From positions 23,686,001-23,750,000 of the forward strand of contig CM059432.1 of NCBI GenBank assembly GCA_030390025.1: a DNA stretch of 64,000 bases, given 5' to 3'. The translations under genes were made by a program, and so were the position numbers. Positions 49,620 to 62,871 of the stretch are shown here, one piece after another (the stretch's first letter is position 1; each line of letters begins with the position of its first letter). The notes beneath the pieces were generated by a model. It ran no database searches. It worked only from the letters and a program-made list of their open reading frames with translations, and was not told the origin of the DNA. The stretch is from Squalus acanthias. Its lineage: Eukaryota.

Positions 49620-51160
49620 CTCCCCTGATGGACAGTAACAGCCATAATAGCAACAAGCATTTGTATGGCACATGACCAAACGTCCCAAAACACTTTGGAA
49701 GGGGAGCAGTGGTCACTGAGCAGGAAGTAGGAGTGACGTTTGGTGACAGAAGAAGGATTTTGAGCATGCTTTTTAAAGTGGTGAGGTGAACATTTTGGGA
49801 AGCTAATTCTAAAGAGCAAGGATGTAGAAGCTGAAAGTACTGCTACCGAGGTGCAGCAAAGGGAGGGGCACTTACAATAGGAAGAGTAGAGGGTTCAAGC
49901 TGGGACATAGGACTGGAGAAGATTGCAGGGGTATGGTGGAATAAAGCCATGAGATTTTCAAAGAAAAGGACGAAGATTTTAAAGTTGATGTGCAAGACAA
50001 GGACAAGTGGAGATCAACAAAGACAGAGGTGATGGGTCTCTTTGTGTGGGTTAGGCTAAGGGCCACAGAGCTCAGGAGGACTTGCAATTGTGGAAGATGG
50101 AACTGGAAGGCTAGAGAAGAGGGCATTGGAGAAATCAAGCCTTGAGTTGTTGAAGGTGTAGAGGAGCGATTTGAGAGTTCGGAAGAGGCAGGTGAGGACG
50201 GTGTGGGTCGGGGATGTGCCGGAGATGGAAGTAAGTGTTCTGTGTTGGGCTGCATATGGGGTTTGAAGCTCAGATCAAGTCTGACACTAAGGTTGCAGAT
50301 GTGCAGGTTCTGTATGAGTGAGCAGCTTTAGTTTACTTCAATTCTGTCAGTGAAGGAAACTCTGGTTCATCTATGACTTGATGTCATTCATGTAGCTGGG
50401 CAGTATCAAAAAGAAAGACTTGCATTTCTATAGCGCCTTTCACGAACACCGGACGTCCCAAAGTGCTTTACAGCCAATGAAGTACTTTTTTTTTAAGTGT
50501 AGTCACTGTTGTAATGTAGGAAAAGCGGCAGCCAATTTGCGCACAGCAAGCTCCCACAAACAGCAATGTGATAATGACCAGATGATCTGTTTTTTAGTGA
50601 TGTTGATTGAGGGATAACTATTGGCTAGGACGCCAGGGATAACTCCCCTGCTCTTCTTCAAAATAGTGCCATGGGATCTTTTAGGGCACCTGAAAGGGCT
50701 GACGGGGCCTCAGTTTAACATCTCATCCGAAATGCGGCACCTCCAACAGTGCAGCGCTCCCCAGCACTGCACTGGAGTGTCAGCCTAGAATTTTGTGCTC
50801 AAGTCTCTGGAGGGGAACTTGAACCCACAACATTCTGACTCAGAGGCGAGGGTGCTACCAACTGAGCCACGGCTGACACGGTACAGTACAGTCATGGAAT
50901 TAGGTTGGAGGTGAAGAGGTAGAGTTGGCATCACATACATAAGGAACCTGTCTCTATAATTGTGGATGATATTGCTGAGGGGTGGATTATAGAAGAGGGA
51001 TAGAAAGTGATCAAGGAGCACACTACAGGTGATCATCAAAGAATTGGTGGTGTTGTGGCGGCGGGGTGGGGGCATTAAGGAGAAGCGATAGAGAGAGATG
51101 GAATGGTCATCTATGTTGACTGCTCTTTAGAGCTTGAGGATAATGGGGAAAGATAGTTTA
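49620..51160 (-). mobile_element. Old L2 fragment (minus strand) hosting a SINE
   Basis: Reverse-complement similarity to 6012-7265. Boundaries approximate. Confidence 0.6.
50405..50878 (-). mobile_element. Full-length SacSINE1/DeuSINE-like SINE with L2-type tail
   Basis: Minus-strand tRNA-like head (TGGCTCAGTTGG, GGTTCAAGT), a Deu-domain-like core and the tail aaaggcgctatagaaatgcaagtctttctttt. Confidence 0.85.
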
Positions 51161-51219
51161 CCATGGTCATATTTACACAGGGTCTCATTGCTGTCTAGCA
51201 AACAAAGGCAGCACCTAGT

Positions 51220-51545
51220 ATTAAGTAATTCAGTCCATAAAGTCCCAAGTTTGATTTCCAGTCTTTTCTGAGTCAACTGATCTCAACAAGGTCAGCAGTT
51301 GAGATATTGCAACCAGCCTCAGAAGCCCTGTCCTGGGAAGGTGAAAAATCAGCCGGAGTTCTCACTTCTGAATGTTATCTAGTGGACCCTGCTAAAAAGT
51401 GAAAATGTGGGCGTCTCCTTGGTCAATAACGCATCAACACTCATTGGCTTGGCACGTACTTGAGAATGGCTGCTAGCACAAGGCACTGTATGACTATTGA
51501 GGGTGTCGACAACAATACCTCCGCAATAATAGTGCCTTCAGGAAA
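51220..51545 (+). mobile_element. Ancient SINE-like fragment (related decayed copies on minus strand at about 10290-10440 and 49200-49380)
   Basis: Shared motifs tgagtcaactgatctcaac..caaccagcctcag..gaaaaatcagcc. Confidence 0.45.
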
Positions 51546-52297
51546 GGAGGGCGAACATTTGGAGGGGATGGATTTTCCTCTCGGGTGATAACTGCAAGAT
51601 TACAATGCTCAAATAATCATCTCGGACTGTTGAAGCAGTTCTTAGGTTAGATTGGCTGCTTCTCGTATTAAAGATGGCGCATGAAATCTAAAATGGATTG
51701 CAGCATGCGAAACATATGTCACAGTGTTTTTGTCCTGGCACCTTCTCCTCCCAATATAGTTTGAACATTTGGCTGCAGACTAGCCCTGCTGAAAATTCTG
51801 CAAATTTCAGGCTCTGCTGGTAAATGGGGAAGTTTTAATATTGAGTTGTGAACAAATCCTCAAGGATGACTGAAAATAGGAAAATATCAACAGATTTAGA
51901 CAAATACTTTGGTTATTTAAACAGGGGCAAAACTGTAGTAAGTCCTAAAATATCCAAATTTCCAAATATATCAGTGTGAGGACTGAGTGAATTCGACACA
52001 CCTCTGGATCATGGGCCCAGACTGATGGAATGAATGTCTCCTTGTTGCAAGAATTCTAAGTGAAATCGACCAAGTTCCTGATGAACATATATCCGTATCA
52101 TATAACTGCCACCAATTCGGCACTAAATTGGTAATCGAATTCAAAGAGGGAAAAAGGTGGCAACTGGGTAGTAGGTTTACAAGGCATACATGTCTACACT
52201 GATATACTTTGTCTCCATTTTATAGACATAAAGGGGAAATAGTTTTCATCAGTGTAGATATGAACACCTTATAAACAGCTTGAGTAAGAGCAGATAT

Positions 52298-52462
52298 TAC
52301 TGTGAGTCAGAATTGATTAGCTGGGGTATCCCGCTGTGTAATGAGTGGTAAGTACTGTAAGTCAGAATTAGATTGCCCAGATATTCCACTGTACAGTGGG
52401 TGGTTATGACTGTGAGTCAAAATTTATTTGTCCCAGGTGTCCCATTGTACAATGCGAGGTTG
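52298..52462 (+). repeat. Diverged 55-bp tandem repeat, 3 copies
   Basis: actgtragtcaraatt at 52299, 52354 and 52409. Confidence 0.8.
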
Positions 52463-53730
52463 ACATTTCAGTTGAACAAAATCGAAAGGTGCAGTGCTTC
52501 CATGTTGGAAAACTTGTCATTATAACTGGAATAAAGTATCATGCAGTGTGACTGCTTTATCATTAGATGCCATCAGCATATTTAAAATGTATCTTATCAT
52601 GTTATATTTAGAAAATGTGATGATACCAGGGGCAGAATATAATTATCACACAATTATTTTCTTCACTTTGGTGCCAATGTTGGACTGCTGAAATTCAGAG
52701 GTGTGAACCTGAATGGACTTTACTGCATGTAACAGTGAAAATGATTCTGGGAATACTATTCATTTTCTCTCTGTATGAATGTTGATTGACACTGTGCAAA
52801 TGTTTTGACATCTATTATTGCTGTGGGACTGTTTTGACAGTACAAGGCATAGTTTCATTAAATAAGAGAAGTAGGAAGGTTGGAAGAGGCTGAAGCTTTC
52901 ACTTTTTATTGCAGTTCTTGGTCGGAAGCTGAGACTATTTTTTAAGGTATTTTTGCTGTTTCCTCTGTCCTTGCTCTTCTTGGGTAGCTCACCATACTCA
53001 GGGCAGAGGAACTGGTGATGTACTTCTAGGTGGACATTTTGGATGTGAACACTGCGAGCAATGATTAAAAAATTAAAGCAAATAGCAGTACCAGCATTAG
53101 TGAAGCTGAATCAAGAGTCATCACACCAAATCCAACTCTAAATCAAAACTGGACAGCTCCTTCTCTAGTGTATCCCCCATCCCCTTCTCCCTCCACTAAC
53201 CTCAGGCTTTTAAAACTAAGCTTCACCACTCAACCGCAGCTTTTTGATTTATCTTGCCTTCTTTCCTACTCCTTTCAACCTTGCCGCTGCTCTGAAGTAT
53301 GAGGCTTGATTCACCGAGATTTCTTGTATTGCTTTCCACAAGTGCTTTCTGTGCGCAACATCTAGCCTGAAGCAATTAGTGTGTGTCTAAAAAAGCAGAA
53401 TCTGGATGGTTCATTGTACATGGGTAAATGAACTGGAGAACAAACTGTTTCAGGCTTGGTGCCAAGCCAAGATTAGATGCAAGTGACCTCAGTCGATCCT
53501 GAACATCAGAATTAAACAAATCCTAACTCATTACGTTCTCTGTAACCACGATTCTCTATATACACTAAATGAATAATTATGATTTCTTTGCTGACTAATT
53601 TAAATAATTGATTGTGTTTTCTCTATTAAAGATGTACAGTTTTTTGAATGATTTCTCAATGTGCATACATCATATTACAGGATTTTTATGAGCATTTTTG
53701 TCATTGCCCAATGTTAAAGAATCCTAATAA

Positions 53731-54093
<363 letters not shown>

Positions 54094-54633
54094 TGATTCT
54101 TTCCAAAGCAATATGCTATTAGACACAACTGCTGCAGAGAAGAGGTTGAGTTACCTCAATTCACTGGTGCGCTGAGAAGAGGCAGAACCTAAGTTCGCAC
54201 CTACTTATACCCTCACTATGAGATCCTAAACTCACCTGAGCACCAAGCAGAAGCACAGTACTCCTCTGTATGCAAATATCTGACAGAGGATGCTTCAGTC
54301 CTGGCCACTGTCAGGCTTCACATTATGGGCAAATGTGAAGCAGTGTTGATTGAGAAAGCAAAAAAAATCTTTGGTTATTTTCAGGAAAAACTCTAGGAAA
54401 TTCCTTCCTAAGGCAATCAAGCAAGATCCCAAGTTTGCATCAGCATTCGTACTTAATACACACACCCCCTCCCCCCCTATGCCCCACTGTTGGTGATGTC
54501 CAAATGTTGGTGCAGAGTAGAAGAAGCTTTACTCAAGCATCTACCTGATGTTGTACCTGACCTGGGGAATATTTGATACCAAATTTGCTGTCAAAAAAAA
54601 CATGGGAAGAAATGAGGGAAGATAAAACTTCCA

Positions 54634-57133
54634 TTCCAGAGAAGTGTAGAAATAATAGGGTAATAATAGTAGGGGATTTCAACTTCCCCAATATTAACTG
54701 GGATAGTCAGAGTGTGAAAGGCTTAGAGGGTGCGGAATTCTTAAAGTGCATCCAGGAGAGCTTTTTGAGCCAGCATGTAGAAAGTCCTACAAGAGAGGGG
54801 CGGTACTGGACCTAATTCTAGGGAATGCAGCCGGGCAAGTGGTAGAAGTGTTAGTAGGAGAGCATTTTGGTGACAGTGACCATAATTCGGTGAGATTTAA
54901 GGTAGTCATGGAAAAGGACAAAGATGGACCGGAAATAAAGGTTCTAAATTGGGGGAAGGCCGATTGTAATATGATAAGGCAGGATCTGGCCAAAGTGGAC
55001 TGGGATCAGCTACTTGTAGGAAAATCCACATCAGAGCAGTGGGAGTCTTTCAGAAAGGAAATAGAGAGAGTACAACGCCAACATGTTCCCGTAAAGGTCA
55101 AGGGTGGGACCAACAAGCCCAGGGAACCCTGGATGTCAAGGGATATATGAGAATGGATTAGGAAAAAAAGGGAGGCTTTTGGCAGATACAAAGGACTGAA
55201 AACAGTGGAAGCCCTAGAGGAGTATAGAAAGTGCAGGGGGGTACTTAAAAAAGAAATTAGGAGAGCGAAGAGGGGGCATGAAAAAACACTGGCGGGCAAA
55301 ATAAAGGAAATTCCCAAGGAGTTTTATAAGTATATTAAGGGCAAGAGGATAACCAGGGAAAGAGTAGGGCCCATTAGGGACCAAAGTGGCAATCTGTGTG
55401 TAGAGCTGGAAAATGTAGGTGAGGTTTTAAATGAATATTTTGCATCTGTGTTCACTCTGGAGAAGGACGATGTAGGCATAGAAATCAGGCAAGTGGATTG
55501 TTATATACTTGAACAAATTAGTATTGTGAGGGAGAAGGTACTAGCGGTTTTAGCGGGCTTAAAAGTGGATAAATCCCCAGGCCCAGACGAGATGTATCCC
55601 AGGCTGCTGTGTGAGGCAAGGGAGGAGATTGCAGGGGCTCTGACACAAATTTTCAGAACCTCTCTGGCCACAGGGAAGGTGCCAGAGGACTGGAGGACAG
55701 CTAACGTAGTACCATTATTCAAGAAGGGTACTAGGGATAAACCAGGGAATTACAGGCCAGTGAGCCTAACATCAGTGGTAGGGAAATTATTGGAAAAAAT
55801 TCTGAGGGACAGAATTAGTCTCCACTTGGAGAGGCAAGGATTAATCAAGGATAGTCAGCATGGCTTTGTCAGGGGGAGATCATGTCTAACCAATTTGATT
55901 GAATTTTTCGAGGGGGTGACTAGGTGTGTGGATGAGGGTAGTGCAGTTGATGTAGTCTACATGGACTTCAGTAAGGCTTTTGACAAAGTCCCGCATGGGA
56001 GACTGGTCAAGAAGGTAAGAGCCCATGGGATCCCGGGCAATTTGGCACATTGGATCCTAAATTGGCTTAGTGGCAGGAGGCAGAGGGTGATGGTCGAAGG
56101 TTGTTTTTGTGACTGGAAGCCTGTGTCCAGTGGTGTACCGCAGGGATCGGTGCTGGGTCCTTTGCTGTTTGTAGTGTACATTAATGATTTAGATATGAAT
56201 GTAGGAGGTATGATCAGTAAGTTCGCAGATGACACAAAAATTGGTGGAGTGGTAAATAGCGAGGAGGGAAGCCTCAGGCTACAGGACAATATAGATGTGT
56301 TGGTTAGATGGGCAGAACAGTGGCAAATGGAATTTAACCCTGAAAAGTGTGAGGTGATGCATTTTGGGAGGACTAACAAGGCAAGGGAATACACAATGAA
56401 TGGTCGGACCCTAGAAGGACAGAGGATCAGAAGGACCTTGGTGTGCATGTACATAGATCCCTGAAGGCAGCAGGACAGGTAGATAAGGTGGTTAAAAAGG
56501 AATATGGGATACTTGCCGTCATTAGCCGAGGCATAGAATATAAGAGCAGGGAGGTTATGATGGAGCTGTACAAAACGCTAGTTAGGCCACAGCTGGAATA
56601 CTGTGTGCAGTTCTGGTCGCCACACTATAGGAAGGATGTGATTGCATTGGAGAGGGTGCAGAGGAGATTCACCAGGATGTTACCTGGGCTGGAGCGCTTC
56701 AGCTATGAAGGGAGACTGGACAGGCTGGGGTTGTTTTCCTTAGAGCAGAGAAGGCTGAGGGGGGACCTGATTGAGGTGTACAAAATTATGAGGGGCATAG
56801 ATAGGGTAGATAGAAAGGAACTTTTCCCCTTAGTAGAGGGGTCAATAAGCAGGGGGCATAGTTTCAAGGTAAGGGGCAGGAGGTTTAGAGGGGTTTTGAG
56901 GAAAAACTTTTTCACCCAGTGGGTAGTTGGAATCTGGAACTCACTGCCTGAAAGGGTGGCAGAGGCAGGAACCCTCACAACATTTTAGATGAGCACTTGA
57001 AACGCCATAGCGTACAAGGCTACGGACCAAGTGCTGGAAAATGGGATTAGAATAGACAGGGTTTGATGGCCGGCGCGGACACGATGGGCCAAAGGGCCTC
57101 TTTCTGTGCTGTATAACTCTATGACTCTATGAC
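54634..57133 (+). mobile_element. CR1 LINE ORF2 (EN part + RT), a few stops and frameshifts
   Basis: VGDFNFP, SDHN, NYRPVSLTS, PQGSVLGP and FADD. Tail ctctatgactctatgactc ends about 120 bp before the 57257 exon. Confidence 0.96.
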
Positions 57134-57256
57134 TCCCAGTGCTGACATTGCTCACCTAAACGACCATAAACAAATATTATCCAAATATCATTGTCCAAAA
57201 AATGGAACAAGCTATATCAATTCTTCATTTTTACCAGCACTTTTTCTGTCCCCTAG

Positions 57257-57383
57257 TTTCCCTCGACTAAGCAAGGGGTCATGGCTTGGTAAAAGTGGTC
57301 AGGAGCTGGAACCGGATGTATCTAACCTGACTCTTGAAAATCTCATGTTTGGGTCTAGCTACTACAAGCAGCTCACAGTCGAG
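57257..57383 (+). CDS. FAM135B: FAM135B-like coding exon (127 bp): FPRLSKGSWLGKSGQELEPDVSNLTLENLMFGSSYYKQLTVE
   Basis: Acceptor tttttctgtcccctag and donor gag|gtaaga. GSWLGK and LENLxFG match recalled FAM135B. Confidence 0.92.
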
Positions 57384-58385
57384 GTAAGAGAGTCTCCACT
57401 TCAATTTTTCCTGCAGGATGTTTTCCAGGGTCTCAGATACTTTGCTATCTTTATGAGTTGGAACGACAGATCATTTCTCTCCTGTGCGTTTGCCTTTGCT
57501 GTTCATTTTTGTGCGGTATCGTAATTATGATCAAGTTGTATTGTGGTATGTTTTATTTAAATGCGTCTATAAATAATAGATTGTTTTATTTCTCTATCAA
57601 ACACATATACAAGTGGAGAAGATTAAAGCTTGCTTAGAAAGTTTGAGTTTTATCGGAGCGGTTGTGCAGCGCCTAGACCAGCAAAATCTAGATTTCACCC
57701 TTGCTATTGAGTTCCTGATTTCATCCAGGTGTTCCCCATAACAGCAGGAATGCTCGCAAGACTCACTCCTTTTTAAAAGGGTCCTGATAGCAAGAATTCC
57801 ACTTTAAAATAACCTGAAAAAGGGGTTATACTGTCACAAAATGTTAACAAGCAATTATTATAGAAAATAATGTTCCAAACTCCATCAGCATTGAGTTTGT
57901 ATTTTGTAAAGTTTGAATAGGGCCAGTATCCATTTGCATTTTGGAGAGCAATGGGAATAAATGGCTCAATTCACTTGAGATGTGCATTTGTGAGAGAGAA
58001 TTCATTTCGGGCTGGGACAGAGGTAAAACAGTACAGTTTGACTATCGTTAGCTATTTGTTTCCTTTCTGTATCCCTTTGTCTCATCACAACCTACTTGGG
58101 TAGCACAGTGAATATTTTAGATTTTGGCTAACCTGTTCTGAAATGATTCAGCGACTTGCGACACACAATGTAAACTGCAGTGTTTATGGTCTTTTTAGTA
58201 TAATAGTTTTCCAATGCAAAATCTGCTGCATTTAAATAAGGCATTAAGATATGGATACACATACTTAAAGGAGGACTCTTAATCATTAATACTCATCCTT
58301 TGGAACTGGGGATGACTCTGTGTGGCATAAGAACATAGGAACAGGAGTAGGCCATTTAGCCCCTCGATCCTCTTCCACCATTTAA

Positions 58386-59398
58386 TGATGTGGAGATGCC
58401 GGCGTTGGACTGGGGTGGACAAAAATGAGAAGTCGCACAACACCAGGTTATAGTCCAACAGATTTATTTAAAATTACAAGCTTTCGGAGCTGTCGCCCCT
58501 TCTTCAGGTAGGGTAGCTGTGAGAGAATCTCCCAGAATTCACAATATAAACACAGAAAAAATGTATTCAAATCTTTCCCTACATCAAAGACACACTAAGA
58601 GCACAGCCAAGACAATGAGATGTGTCCCAGGGGGTCCAACGTGTCAAAACACCTGCTGGCTGCATATCCTCTCCATTTGGGTTTTAAAAAAAAACCTGGA
58701 AAGACTGGCCATGATGTCAAGTCACGTTCTGTATCGTGACATGAACCCGATATCGCGATTGAGGCCATCCTCATGAGTGCGGAACTTGGCTATCAGTTTC
58801 TGCTCTATGATTTTGCGCTGTCGTGTATCCCGAAGGCCGCCTTGGAGAACGCTTACCCGCAGATCCGAGGCTGAATGCCCCTGACTGCTGAAGTGTTCCC
58901 CGACTGGGAGGCAACCCTCCTGCCTGGCGATTGTTGCGCGGTGTCCGTTCATACGTTGTCTCAGTGTCTGCATGGTCTCGCCGATGTACCATGCTCTGGG
59001 GCATCCTTTACTGCAACGTATCAGGTAGACAACGTTGGCCGAGTCACATGAGTATGTACCATGTACCTGGGGGGTAGTGTCCTCACGTGTGATGATGGTA
59101 TCTGTGTCCATGATCTGGCATGTCTTGCAGAGGTTGCCGTGGCAGGGTTGTGTGGTGTCGTGGTTGCTGTTCTCCTGAAAGATGGGTAATCTGCTGCGAA
59201 CGATGGTACTTTTGAGGTTAGGCGGCTGCTTGAAGGCGAGTAGTGGAGGCGTGGGGATGGCCTTAGCAAGGTGTTCGTCGTCATCGATGACATGTTGAAG
59301 GCTGCGAAGAACATGGCGTAGTTTTTCCGCTCCGGGGAAGTACTGGACGACGTAGGGTACTCTGTTGGTTGTGTCCCGTGTTCGTCTTCTGAGGAGGT
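58386..59398 (-). mobile_element. Penelope-like element 3' part: GIY-YIG endonuclease + pLTR, inserted in a minus-strand CR1 tail (58330-59557)
   Basis: ORF 58722..59111 reads NVVYLIRC..CP..WYIGET..LRQRMNGHR..VGEHF..GH..EQKLI..GLN. The pLTR has a hammerhead motif. Confidence 0.93.
58475..58510 (-). ncRNA. Minimal hammerhead ribozyme motif
   Basis: Minus strand TAC-CTGAAGA-A-GGGGC(GACA)GCTCC-GAAAGCTT-GTA. Confidence 0.75.
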
Positions 59399-59563
59399 CA
59401 AAAAGCTATCAATCTCCGATTTAAAATTAACAGTTGATCTAGCATCAATTGCCATTTGTGGAAGAGAGTTCCAAACTTCTACCACCCTTTATGTGTAGAA
59501 GTGTTTCCTAACTTCACTCCTGAAAGGTCTGGCTCTCAATTTTAGACTATGTCCCCAAGTCAT

Positions 59564-61276
59564 AGGCTGCGATATCGCCAGTGGAGGTGGGATCGCGGCG
59601 GGAGAGGTGGTTAGTGGTTAGTGGGTCCCGGATTTTGCCCTGATTGGGCTTGTTAAGCCCGCCCTGCGAGGTTCCTGTCCAATTAAAAGGAAGCGGGTGT
59701 GATGACGTCATTTGATGGCGCGTCATCAGCCAGTTTCCTTAAAGGGACCATGTCCACATTCATTTTGACAGTTGTTCTGTTAGTGTTCTGCAGCATTGAG
59801 GTGCTGCAAACACTGACAGGCACTGCACAAAGGTGCACGGCTGCACCCAGGCTCTCACATGACTCCCTCCATATGCTTATGGAGAAAGTCACAGGACGCA
59901 GGGAGGTTCTCTTCTCTTCCAAGGGCGGAAGAGACCTCCCCAGGAGACCAACGCAGCCTGGTTGCACATTGCAGAGGAGGGCACAAGCAGGGATGTCATC
60001 AGGAGGACGAGGCTGCAGTGCTGCAAACCTTTAATTGATCTCAGTAGCTCATGAAATGTTACTGCAAAGCCACACTCAACCTCATCCTGCTGTGCCACTC
60101 ATTACATCCCCATGACTCTGCCTTCCCTACCCTACTCCTGCACATCCTTACTCACACCAACTTACCTTGCACCTCCACCCATCCCTCTCTACCTACATTA
60201 TCACTTCCCCATCTCACTAACCACCCCTCACACTCACCCTCATCCTAGTGCAATCATACCAACTAACAACACACAAGGGTAGACACTTGGGTGTTTTATG
60301 CAATGTTCATGTAAATTTTCTGTTAATGAGTTGTCAAACATTGAAATCTATATTTTCAACACTTTACCTTATTGGACAGATCTGTGCTCACCTTTGCAAG
60401 TGTCTTAGTGAGTTCCATTGAATGTTGAGACATAACTTCCCCCCCCCACCCCCAATTGTGATGAGTGTGAAAGGAATGGCTTGGACATTGTAGGGATGCT
60501 TTATGGTGCTGGTGTGGGGTGGTGTCAACCTGGTGCATCATGTGGCAGCCAGGGTGAAGTAAATCTGGCTATGGTGTGGCCATCGCTGGCCTCCCAGGCG
60601 GTAATGTTGTGCTGATGCCCTGTGTCCTGTGCAGCATCAGGTGATTGCGGAGAAGGTTGGTGTGCCTGGTGATGCTGGTGTTGGGGCTGATCGTGTCGGG
60701 ATTCTGAGGACCAAAGTGAGATTTTTTTAAGGGCACCGATGCTGATGGAGTAGATGGTAGGTGAGGTTGAGATGATAGAAGTAATCTGTTAATGTTGAAA
60801 TAGGTTCTTCCAAGGAGGTGACAGTGGATAGAGAGATTTCTCCAAACACTTCAAAAGTGCATAAAGCTCAAAAGTGGGTTCCAAATCATTAATGCTCCAG
60901 CTTGTAAGATTGGGAAGTGAACAGCTGTGAAATGGTAGGTTTTAGATCACTTTTGCAGCTGTCACCTATTCACAGAGAACCTGACATACTTCCCTGACAT
61001 GATAGCCGCTCTCCGGGAACCTCGTTGAAAACCTGGTAAAATGGTAACTACATGAGAAAATGGTTCTTAACTACTTTTTAATAAGCTTTAAACTATCTAA
61101 ATTTAGGCAGACCCACCGCTTGGTGTCGGGTCCGTTCAGGGATGACAGTCCCGTCACTTGGGAAACTGATGAGGAGGCGGATTTACAGTGCGATACCGAC
61201 CCGCTGTCAATCTTTGTGATTTTGACAACGGACCCGCCTCCCAACCCGCAATCTGAGCGACGGCAAAATTCAGCCC
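59564..61276 (+). mobile_element. Non-autonomous PIF/Harbinger derivative with decayed Myb/SANT-like exon (about 59820-60050)
   Basis: Imperfect TIRs (AGGCTGCGATATCGCC/GGCAAAATTCAGCCC). Translates as AAPRLSHDSLHMLMEKVTGRREVLF then, after a frameshift, PQETNAAWLHIAEE..SRDVIRRT, like Harbinger ORF1 Myb/SANT (NAIF1-type) domains. Confidence 0.75.
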
Positions 61277-61299
61277 TATGATTCTATGGTCTGCTCTCT

Positions 61300-62240
61300 T
61301 GTTTATTCAAGAACATATTTTTCCAGAAAACTGTCCTGAATACACTCAGAATTCGCTGCCTTTGAGACTCAAGCTCTTCTGCTTCTCCCAGTTTACATCA
61401 AAATTAAAATCTCCCATTATAACTACTCCTTTTTTTCAACAAGCTTCACTGATTGCCGCGTTTATGTATTTCGCTACTTTGTCCCTGCTATCTGGAGGTC
61501 TATAAACAATTCCCTCCAAAGTCTTACTTCCTTTTTTATCCCTCAATTCTACCCAAAGTGTTTCTTTTACCTGCTCACTCTTACTGATGGCCCCTTTCTA
61601 CAGCTATATAGTGTCTCTTATCAATTCGCTACTATTTCTCCTTTTCCAATTTCCCAGTCCATTCTGAAGACCTTATAACCTGGAATATTTATCTCCCAAT
61701 CATGCCCAGCTTGTAGCCAGGTCATAGTCATGGCCATTATTTCATACCCTTTTAGCTAAATTTGCACTTCTAATTCACTTGTTTTATTTCTCATGCTACA
61801 TGCATTAGTGTATAAAACTTTAAATTTGGCAGTAGGCCCTGTAAATTAGCAAGAAATATAAAAACAGATTGTAAGAGCTTCTACAAGTATGTAAAAAGGA
61901 AGAGATTAGCGAAAGTAACATGGGTCCCTTAGAGGCAGAGATAGAAGGAATTATAATTAGGAATAAGGAAATGGCACAGAAGTTAAAGAAGTATTTTGTA
62001 GCTGTCTTCACAGTAGAAGACGCATAAAAAATACCTGGCAGAACTACTAACTGATAATTAGCGGGGAACCAAGGATCTAATGAGAGTGAGAACTTATAAA
62101 ATTCTTAGAGGGCTTGACAGGGTAGATGCTTAGAGGTTGATTCCCCTGGCTGGAGAGTCTAGAATGAGCAATCATAGTCTCAGGGTACAGGGTGGGCTAT
62201 TTAGGACTACGATGAAGAAATGTTTTCACTCAGAGGGTTG
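61300..62240. mobile_element. Jumbled CR1 fragments (EN region on minus strand about 61300-61820; RT-linker/3' pieces on plus strand about 61840-62240)
   Basis: Reverse complement of the YRPP and IMGDFN motifs. Plus strand gaggggcttgacagggtagatgct..ttttcactcagagggttgtgaa-like sequence. Confidence 0.65.
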
Positions 62241-62770
62241 TGAAAGGAAGTGATGGAGCATGGAGCCTAGGCAGCTGAAGGCACGGCTGCCAATGGTGGG
62301 GTGAAGGGGAGGGGACAGCAAGATGCACAAGATACCAGAGGCAGAAGAATGGAGAGTTTGGGCAAATGGAGGTTGTAGAGCTGGTAATAGGGATGGGACA
62401 CGGCAGGAAATGATTTAAACATAAGCATGAGAATTTTAAATTTGAGATGTAGGCCAGCACGCACAGTGATGATGGGCAAGTGGAGCAGGATACGATCTGC
62501 TTTTGTCAGCAGAGGTTTGGATGAACTGAAGTTTATAGAGGATGGGAGGCAGGCCAGGACAGCATTGGAATAGTCAAAGCTGGAGGTGACGGAGGCTTGA
62601 ATGAGAGTTTCAGCGGCAGATGGAAAGGATATGTGGTTGGAAGCTTAGTTCAGAGACAGATAGGACCGCGAGGTTACAAACAGTTGAGTTCAAATTATAA
62701 CAGTGGCCAAAGAGGAGGATGGAATCGGTGTTGAATAGAATGTCAAGGTTGTGAACAGTCTGGTTCAGAC
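62240..62770 (-). mobile_element. L2 fragment
   Basis: Minus-strand LHLKFKILMLMFKS, similar to LDFKILILVFKS at 6842..7177. Confidence 0.7.
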
Positions 62771-62871
62771 ATTGTCCAAGGTATGGGAATGGACTGTTTG
62801 GGAAGAGTACAGACGTTGTAACAAGGGCTGAAGGTGATTTTGATCCAACGACGATGAAGAAACGACAATAC

